31,557 bases of DNA from a virus. Its lineage: Duplodnaviria; Caudoviricetes. A program made the translations under genes and the position numbers. The notes under the pieces were generated by a model, which was given only the letters and a program-made list of their open reading frames with translations, did no database searches and had not been told where the DNA came from. The stretch spans positions 1 to 31,557 of IMG/VR virus record IMGVR_UViG_3300038393_002326; one strand, written 5' to 3'. Below are positions 26,601 to 31,557 of the stretch, one piece after another. Every line of letters starts with the position of its first letter. Position 1 is the stretch's first letter.

Positions 26601-27258
26601 GCAGTTCCTTGTACGGGATGCCTAACGCCGCGCCGGACGACGAGACGAGCGGGAAGAAGCGCGCGACCTCGCTCCCCCGCACCTTACCGAACTTGACGGT
26701 CTGGAAGAACGCGTCGGAGACCTCGGCCGCCTTGTCCGCGCTGAGGCGGTAGGCGTTCATCGTGCCGACGAGGCCGTCGAGGACGGTCTTCGTGTCGGTG
26801 AACGTCACCGCCGCCGTCTTCGTCGCCTCGCTCGCGATGTAGCTCGCGTCGGCGGTGTTGAGGAAGCCCGCCGAGACGGCCTCGTAGACCGCCTGCGACT
26901 GCGTGACGAGGTCGCCGGGGAAGTCGGTAATCTGCTTCAGGATGGAGTCCGAGAGCCGGCCCATGTTGGACGTGAACTCGTCCGCGATGGTCTCGACTTC
27001 GGAGAGGGCCTTCCCGAACTCGACGGCCTGCTTGACCGGGAACGCGAGCGACGACAGCACCGCGCCGGCCGCGAAGACCGAGCGCGTGATGTTGTTGAAG
27101 CTGGACTCGACGTCCACGGCCGCCCGGTTCATGCCGCGCGCGGCCGAGTAGGCGGCGTACTCCATCGACCGGAACGCGCGCTGCACGTTGCCGGCGCGGT
27201 AGCTGACGCCGTCCTTCAGGACGATGGCGATGCCCAGGTTCAGCGGACTCGCGAACAT
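23635..27258 (-). CDS. Tail tape measure protein
   Basis: 1207 aa, Ala/Gly-rich helical sequence, TP901-like core (AAEVSDAFFQTVKFGK), MATNPVGLAIMAVVAVLAVLYFKW and Trp-periodic repeats. Lies downstream of the chaperone. Confidence 0.93.
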   Translation of the reverse strand: MFASPLNLGIAIVLKDGVSYRAGNVQRAFRSMEYAAYSAARGMNRAAVDVESSFNNITRSVFAAGAVLSSLAFPVKQAVEFGKALSEVETIADEFTSNMGRLSDSILKQITDFPGDLVTQSQAVYEAVSAGFLNTADASYIASEATKTAAVTFTDTKTVLDGLVGTMNAYRLSADKAAEVSDAFFQTVKFGKVRGSEVARFFPLVSSSGAALGIPYKELLGTYASMTLGGLPPEAAAQYLRQIVLGFNHPKKEARKVAASMGMDLSVGHLRDLEKQSPGYGMQRFLQEMYAKSMAKGGARSGSELFQTMLTGRQAFAGATTLTQNMGRWKFILDNMFSDERFDEYGRRYSNRLYALYIRSKQLDYQLSRLRGTFQVLGQSLGKPVINGLSGPIGALATGIGHLGQMLTKHQGIARGLTTWVQALGAALLTYGGVMMGRRAGAYARGFQPGTIDFVNHMTRPWLGVNMTMRNVIPRLTATFMLLGGALAVYRRMLERNTFHLAERTAKFNVVKDALMEALGNMTGAKGSISEDTFKALQRTPGGVAAFEKWFRILYRLGQFGKGFMSGFGDVFKGISDFVIDGLEKLAKVIGKIAPNWGRRLETFLQSLSAANPHRFLAWGVAVGKFVGVLTALIAIPRTLTGLRLIGGTLLWMARAPIVTPWNLLTGAFLRLANAARSVVASVRGLRFLMFGRSGGIMGPLTAAQAAHGAAGGLFGRGRRAYAAAGGISGMASDVWSVVANRAGGAFRAVRSAPGRLVGAVGRGFQNIGALALQGLLGAGSGIARGLSAIGSAARIAGGAVVSFGRMFLSTMVEMAVAMATNPVGLAIMAVVAVLAVLYFKWGAFRTFFLNSWTHIKGVFVSWWGWVSRIGNFITDKLGGAWTWVKDKAMTALNGIMSMFHKLWDNPFVIWLRQKFGDVARGLQNMGASAGVLDTLVDSHTRYGQETDKHYYQRISDDDLSTLEATLDRYQNKNDPIRKNGDYTRLLDAYIGHLANLRSAVMYENPLALTNGKLMLGALGSTDLNAMIRDRLQAAGLDKLIGVDAVTASGVGNPPPPSEDDIHDLGDNLGGKLDENKDAIYDVNKTLMKYSPFRVWEFPKTALKDPFEAEQAKFLDLLAKGQTAPQAKAAAHQQNLQESIDSMKGALEAVGSDMKAVAGRAMHVTMKLKDKVLGEAAVSAVQNQVRTDRERGKNLSGSSIIPIPAMP

Positions 27259-27351
27259 GCGGGGGCTCCGGTGTGCAGATACCCGTACCGGTAAAGTACC
27301 GGTACGGGTGGAGATGCCGTTAGGCGGCGCCCAACGGCGCGCCGCGAGGCG

Positions 27352-27519
27352 TTAGGCCTTCGCCTCGTGCTCCTTCTGGAGGCGCAGCCGCTCGACAAAC
27401 CAGCGCCGCTGCTCGCCGGGCATGTCGAGCATTTCGTCCGGGGACCAATGCAGGCCGCCGTACGCGAGGAAGAACATGTCCTCGCGGACGCTGTTCAGTC
27501 CTTCGGGAAGAAAAAACCC
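27352..27519 (-). CDS. Frameshift extension of the tail assembly chaperone (G-T type)
   Basis: The -1 frame after the slippery site reads GFFLPEGLNSVREDMFFLAYGGLHWSPDEMLDMPGEQRRWFVERL, an HW...R..W pattern typical of small pre-tape-measure ORFs. Confidence 0.75.
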   Translation of the reverse strand, partial: GFFLPEGLNSVREDMFFLAYGGLHWSPDEMLDMPGEQRRWFVERLRLQKEHEAKA

Positions 27520-28178
27520 GGCTGCTGCTTCACGTCGAAGCGGACCTCGTCGCCGCAGGACGGGCACTCGGCGGCGACCTCGGTCTCCATGCCGAAGTCG
27601 AGTTCGCCCATGAGCTTCCGCAGTTGCCCGCGCGCGCGCATGGTGAGGTCCTGCAGCCACTTGCGCATGTCGTTCTTGTGGACGCCCTCGACCTCCACGA
27701 TGCGCGCGAGCATGGCCGTGGTGACGACGTCGGCGGTCGTCTTCGCGACCATCTTCTCCTTACGCCCGTCCATGAGGTCGACGCGCACGATGAGCGGCTT
27801 GTCGTTGACGGTGAGCGTCACCTCGGCCGGGAGGACGAGGTCCTTCGGCGCCTCCTTCACGGGCCGCTGCGAGAGGTCGACGTCGACCGCCCACTGGTTC
27901 TGGCAGCTGGGGCACTGCAGGTCGACGTTGACGATGTCCCCGAACGTCTCGCGCCGGACGGCGATGAGGAGCCCGAGGCGGTCCGGGCTCTTGAGCCGCT
28001 CGATGTCGCCGGGCTGGATGGTCGTCTTGTCCCCGATGCGCTTCGTGCAGTTCGCGAGGATTTCGTCCATCGCGTCCCCGCCCTGCATCTTCTTGCGATT
28101 CGTGAGGATGTCCTCCTCGCGGCCCGTCATCCCGCGAATCTCGGCCTCCTGGCCCAGCGGGAGCGAAATGGTCGGCAT
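27495..28178 (-). CDS. Tail assembly chaperone
   Basis: Lies between tube and tape measure; IRGMTGREEDIL, DRLGLLIAVRRETFG, two CPSC motifs, ends PGFFFPKD. Confidence 0.8.
   Translation of the reverse strand: MPTISLPLGQEAEIRGMTGREEDILTNRKKMQGGDAMDEILANCTKRIGDKTTIQPGDIERLKSPDRLGLLIAVRRETFGDIVNVDLQCPSCQNQWAVDVDLSQRPVKEAPKDLVLPAEVTLTVNDKPLIVRVDLMDGRKEKMVAKTTADVVTTAMLARIVEVEGVHKNDMRKWLQDLTMRARGQLRKLMGELDFGMETEVAAECPSCGDEVRFDVKQQPGFFFPKD
27510..27519 (-). promoter_or_regulatory. -1 programmed ribosomal frameshift slippery site
   Basis: Minus strand G GGT TTT TTC; the A6 run on the + strand is exceptional in this GC-rich DNA. Confidence 0.8.
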
Positions 28179-28290
28179 GTATGCGTCCTACGTCGTCAGT
28201 GTCGGATAGAAGACGTCCCCTTCCGGGGTGCGTACGATACCAGTAATGTACCGGTACCGCACCGTCCTCGCAAGGGGACAGGCGTCTGGG

Positions 28291-28337
28291 CGAAACGCGA
28301 AACGCCGGCCGACGTCACCTCCTCCCGTCGGCCAGCG
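28291..28337 (-). terminator. Hairpin terminator after the tube gene
   Basis: 12-bp stem 28303-28314/28326-28337 (one U.G pair on the minus strand) followed by TTTCGCGTTTCG. Confidence 0.6.
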
Positions 28338-28397
28338 GTTGGCGTTGCGGTTCGCGTGTGAGCCGTGAGGTCGTACGGAACTGCAGCTGCGCGACGC

Positions 28398-28868
28398 TTA
28401 CACCGTGTCGAAGTACTGGAAGCAGAGCGTCATCGACTCGATGTTGTTGTCGCTGGACGAGCCCTCGGCGTCGCCCATCTTCGCGGTCTTGATGAACGCG
28501 TTGAAGAGGCGGTAGCGCCGGAACTCCGCGCCCTTGCGGTCGTACAGCACGAGGTCGACGTCGCGCTGGTAGTCGCTCGGGACGCCGCCGGTGGCCGCCG
28601 CGACCGTGATGCACTCGCGCACCCAGTCGAGGATGTTGGTCTCCGGGTTCTCCTGCGGAATCCCCTTCTCCAGGGTGATGTCGTTGAACTTCGCCCGGCC
28701 CGCCGCCTTCTGCGGGAACATCGAACCGCCGGGGTTGAACTCGACCTCATCGAACTCGACTTCGGGGAGGTCGGCCTTGCTGAACAGGGCCGCGTCGAAG
28801 CCCTGAATCTGGACGCCGAACTGCCACTTCTGCTGAAGCGACTTCGGCGTCACACCCGCGCTATTCAT
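28398..28868 (-). CDS. Tail tube protein (T4 gp19-like)
   Basis: FGVQIQG...FSKADLPE...GRAKFNDITLEKG...DW...RYRLFNAF...IESMTLCF. Confidence 0.93.
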   Translation of the reverse strand: MNSAGVTPKSLQQKWQFGVQIQGFDAALFSKADLPEVEFDEVEFNPGGSMFPQKAAGRAKFNDITLEKGIPQENPETNILDWVRECITVAAATGGVPSDYQRDVDLVLYDRKGAEFRRYRLFNAFIKTAKMGDAEGSSSDNNIESMTLCFQYFDTV

Positions 28869-28947
28869 GGAGATACTCCGTCGAGAGGGTGAACAGGTAC
28901 AGTACCGGTACGGTTAGACCGCGCCGGTACTGTACCGGTACGCCAGC

Positions 28948-30534
28948 TTACAGCGTGGCGAAGTTGGCGCCCGTCGGGGCGATGGCGAAGTCGATGGCGA
29001 TGAACTCGGCCGTCTTCGTCGGCTTGACGAGGATGCGCGCCTTCATCGTGTTCGTGTCGATGAGGTCCGGGGTGTTGATGGACTCATCGCACACGACGAC
29101 GAAGTCGTAGAACCCACCGCCGTCCTTGATGCGCCGCAGGAACGGGGAGACCGTGCGCTTGAAGCTCTCCCACGTGTCCTTGTTGTTCGCCTCGAAGACG
29201 ATGCCGTTCGCCGCGTCCTCGATGCTCGCCTCGATGAAGCACAGGAGGCGCCGCACGTTCATGCGGTCGAGCGCCGACGCCTTGAGCGCCAGCGTCTTCT
29301 GGCCGTAGACCTGCAGGCCGCCCGCGACGAGCGCGATGGGGTTGACGCCCTTCGTGTACATCGCGTCGCGCTGCGACTCCGGCATCGGCTTCTCCGTGCC
29401 GAGCGCGCCGATGAGGCCACCCCGGTTCGGGCCGGCGGGGGCCGTCCACACGGCGCCCTCGCGGTCGTTGCGGGCGAACACGCCCGCGACGAAGCCCCAC
29501 GGCGGGAGCGTCACGACCTGGGAGGTCGTCGGGTGCAGCGCGGTGACCCACGGGCCGTACAGCCCACCGTACGTGCCGCTCGCCGTGCGGCTGGTGAGCG
29601 TGGCGACGAACGTCTGGTGGCCCGCCGCGTCGTTGCCCTGCGGCGCTTCGATGATGGCGACGCAGTCCTTGCGGCCCGCGCAGTAGTCGAGCAGCGCGTT
29701 GCCGAGCGCCGTCGCCGCCGTGTAGTTCGCCGCCGTCGTGCCGGCCTCGCCGGGGATGGAGACGAAGTTCACGTCCGCCGTGTCGAGCGCGTACAGGCCG
29801 TTCCCGACCGACGACGAGCCGATGAAGTCCGTCGTGGCGATGCCCGTGAGGCCGTCGTTGCCGGCGGCGAGGGTCACCGTGTTGAACGCCGGGCGCCGCA
29901 GCGTCGAGGCGTTCTGGCCGGACGCGTACAGGTCACTGACGGCGATGTACGCCGACTTGCCGTTGACGCGCCGCTCGACGTGGTCCGGGTCCGACCGCTT
30001 GTCGTACCCAATCCACAGGTCGCTGTACGTCTCCAGCACGTTCCCGGCCGCGTCCTTCACGACGAGGTTGAACTGGTTCGTCGCGTCGGCGGTGCCGGCG
30101 CTGAGTACGACCTGCACGCCGTTCGCCCACACGCCCGGCGAGTCGAGCGAGACGCCGCCGAGGGCCACCGCCGCCTTGACGGTGAGGCAGTTGGCCGGCG
30201 TGCCCTGCTGGTCGACCGCCGTGACCGTCGCGACCGCCGACGACGGCGTCGCGCCCGTGTACTTCACCGTGCGGACGATGACCGCCTTGTTGCCGCCGTT
30301 CTCGAAGAAGTTCTTGAGCGCGAGCATCGCGAACCCGGTCCCGGCCGCTGCCGTGGTCAGGTAATTCCCGAAGATGCGCTGCGCCTCATCGAGCGACCCG
30401 ACGAGAACCGGCACGCCGATGGGACCCTTCTCGAAGAGTCCCACGACGCCCCACGTCGAGGTGCTCTTCGCCTTCACGTACGCGGAGTAGTTCACCTCGT
30501 TCGGGTAAACGCCCGCCGAAATGCCGAGAGCCAT
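28948..30534 (-). CDS. Contractile tail sheath protein
   Basis: AGVYPNEV, KGPIG.P, FFENGG, PPWGFVAG, WTAPAG, GVNPI, MNVRRL, FEAN, VKPTKTAEFI. Confidence 0.96.
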   Translation of the reverse strand: MALGISAGVYPNEVNYSAYVKAKSTSTWGVVGLFEKGPIGVPVLVGSLDEAQRIFGNYLTTAAAGTGFAMLALKNFFENGGNKAVIVRTVKYTGATPSSAVATVTAVDQQGTPANCLTVKAAVALGGVSLDSPGVWANGVQVVLSAGTADATNQFNLVVKDAAGNVLETYSDLWIGYDKRSDPDHVERRVNGKSAYIAVSDLYASGQNASTLRRPAFNTVTLAAGNDGLTGIATTDFIGSSSVGNGLYALDTADVNFVSIPGEAGTTAANYTAATALGNALLDYCAGRKDCVAIIEAPQGNDAAGHQTFVATLTSRTASGTYGGLYGPWVTALHPTTSQVVTLPPWGFVAGVFARNDREGAVWTAPAGPNRGGLIGALGTEKPMPESQRDAMYTKGVNPIALVAGGLQVYGQKTLALKASALDRMNVRRLLCFIEASIEDAANGIVFEANNKDTWESFKRTVSPFLRRIKDGGGFYDFVVVCDESINTPDLIDTNTMKARILVKPTKTAEFIAIDFAIAPTGANFATL

Positions 30535-30552
30535 GGTGGTAGATGCTCCTGC

Positions 30553-30891
30553 TTAGGAGTGGTGACGGATGTGGATTTCTCCCCGGCGCTGCTGGTTCTC
30601 CGTGCTCGCAGTCACCTGCTCGCGGGGGACGGTGAGGTCCTCGTACGGCCCCAGACGCACGATGCTCGACCCGACCTCGACCCACTGGAACTCGCGCGAC
30701 GGGTTCGTGATGGTCGCGTTCAGCATTCCGGCGTCGGGGTCCGGGGTCGGCTCGCCCACCGGCGGCGCGCCGTTCACGCGAGCGTCGTCGGGCGGGCCGT
30801 CCTGCGCCGCGTCCGCCGCATCCGGCAGGTCCACCGGCACGGTGGGGTCAGGCGTGGGGATGTCTGCGGCCGGCGGTTTGGCACGGGCCAT
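30553..30891 (-). CDS. Hypothetical protein (Pro/Asp-rich N-terminus)
   Basis: Fills the gap on the coding strand with GAGAGG SD. Confidence 0.7.
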   Translation of the reverse strand: MARAKPPAADIPTPDPTVPVDLPDAADAAQDGPPDDARVNGAPPVGEPTPDPDAGMLNATITNPSREFQWVEVGSSIVRLGPYEDLTVPREQVTASTENQQRRGEIHIRHHS

Positions 30892-30945
30892 GGACGGTCC
30901 TCTCGGAGGTATGTACCGGTGCTGTACCGGTACAGGTGAACATGC

Positions 30946-31212
30946 TTACGCCGGGACGGCCTGCGGGGCGCCGGACGCCGCGCCGTCTCCGGGCGACGCG
31001 ACAGGCGTCACCGGAGCGTCCGGCACGACGATGGCACCCGCCTCGAAGTCCACCTCGCTGTGCTCGGGCAAGCCGAGCGCGTCGAAGAGCACCACAAGGA
31101 GGTCGGTCCGGTGCGCGAGCGCCTGCTGATACGCCGCGTGGGCGTTCAGCACGCGCTGCTGCGCGGCCCCGAGCTTCGCGATTTGCGTGTTCGACAGCGG
31201 AATCGTCTGCAT
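30946..31212 (-). CDS. Hypothetical protein (88 aa)
   Basis: Fills the gap on the coding strand; helical N-terminus. Confidence 0.65.
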   Translation of the reverse strand: MQTIPLSNTQIAKLGAAQQRVLNAHAAYQQALAHRTDLLVVLFDALGLPEHSEVDFEAGAIVVPDAPVTPVASPGDGAASGAPQAVPA

Positions 31213-31320
31213 CGAAGACGAGGGTACGAAATGGCGATGGCACCGGCGGGCACCGGTACACCGCAGGTAATATACCGGTACGCCGGAGGCCGACGCAAGG
31301 GTTCGTTCGGTAGCGCGCCG

Positions 31321-31557
31321 TTACGGCACCACGATGTGGTCCGTGAGCGGCGGGGGTGGCTCGGGCGGCGGTGGCGGTCGCAGGGTCTCGCCGGTGTCGT
31401 GCACCTCGACGCCGACGTCCACCGTGAGAATCTGCGCCTCCGTGGTGCATTCGAGCGACGGCGTGAACCAGCCGTCCACGGTGTAGTCGAACTGATAGCG
31501 GAACTTCCGCCCCTTCGGCGTCACCGGGTCCGACAGATTGCGCATCCCCGTGTGCCG
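31321..31557 (-). CDS. Probable tail completion/terminator protein (5' end outside window)
   Basis: Frame is open to the window edge; NLSD...FRYQFDYTVDGW; lies upstream of the sheath gene. Confidence 0.5.
   Translation of the reverse strand, partial: RHTGMRNLSDPVTPKGRKFRYQFDYTVDGWFTPSLECTTEAQILTVDVGVEVHDTGETLRPPPPPEPPPPLTDHIVVP

Larger units (their letters stand above)
488..27357. repeat. Dispersed heptamer GCCTAAC/GTTAGGC (28 copies plus 2 core variants)
   Basis: Manual count: 19 GCCTAAC on +, 9 GTTAGGC on +, and CCTAAC variants at 488 and 9797. Confidence 0.88.
2231..31280. repeat. Dispersed palindrome family TACCGGTA (17 perfect copies, 11-bp phased arrays)
   Basis: Copies start at 2231, 3159, 8023, 8045, 10590, 10601, 14162, 16298, 19450, 22752, 27286, 27297, 28249, 28903, 28933, 30925 and 31273 (manual count). 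Confidence 0.92.

Noticed and set aside
488-26626. TTA codons as bldA-type translational control, or TAG stop-codon reassignment
   Set aside because: The motif also occurs in the reverse orientation as CTA-ACG, as stop codons and between genes, which points to a DNA-level signal. The TAG in TTAGG is never in frame, and genes read through normally with code 11.
488-27357. TTAGGC as a telomeric repeat
   Set aside because: Copies are isolated and dispersed, never tandem.
2231-31280. TACCGGTA clusters as a CRISPR array or as AgeI (ACCGGT) cloning scars
   Set aside because: No repeat-spacer structure and no cas genes. The degenerate, 11-bp-phased neighbours argue for natural binding sites.
16-31313. 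Many long plus-strand and alternative-frame ORFs in the track
   Set aside because: Shadow ORFs caused by high GC3 codon bias. They overlap motif-bearing minus-strand genes and give Arg/Pro/Ala-rich sequence with no recognisable motifs.
14177-31557. Stand-alone eCIS, tailocin or T6SS locus
   Set aside because: Directly linked to a full phage replication module through shared motifs. No T6SS membrane complex, ClpV or Afp15-like ATPase in the window.

Overview
Window from a high-GC (about 70% by eye) tailed dsDNA phage or prophage. All credible genes lie on the minus strand. Right to left it has three modules. (1) A complete contractile-tail module with eCIS-like (Afp/PVC-type) family members: partial tail-completion protein, sheath, tube, tail assembly chaperone with a -1 slippery site, 1207-aa tape measure, tube initiator, LysM proteins, gpD-like hub, gp5/gpV-like spike, gp25, baseplate J, P2 gpI-like, fibre proteins and an FN3-repeat adhesin. 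(2) A lysis cassette: CHAP endolysin plus holin. (3) A self-contained replication module: RHH regulator, HTH initiator, ATP-dependent ligase, DnaC-like loader, DnaB helicase, primase, gp32-like SSB and a family A DNA polymerase that runs off the left edge and is missing from the ORF track. The most striking signals are at the DNA level. The palindrome TACCGGTA occurs 17 times, in most intergenic gaps, in arrays phased at 11 bp, and overlaps several sigma70-type promoters. The heptamer GCCTAAC/GTTAGGC occurs 28 times and is written into genes in both orientations using rare TTA/CTA codons and GCC-TAA stops. The polymerase also carries two non-intein insertions, one at the position of the T7 thioredoxin-binding domain. 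All calls come from manual reading; no database searches were run.
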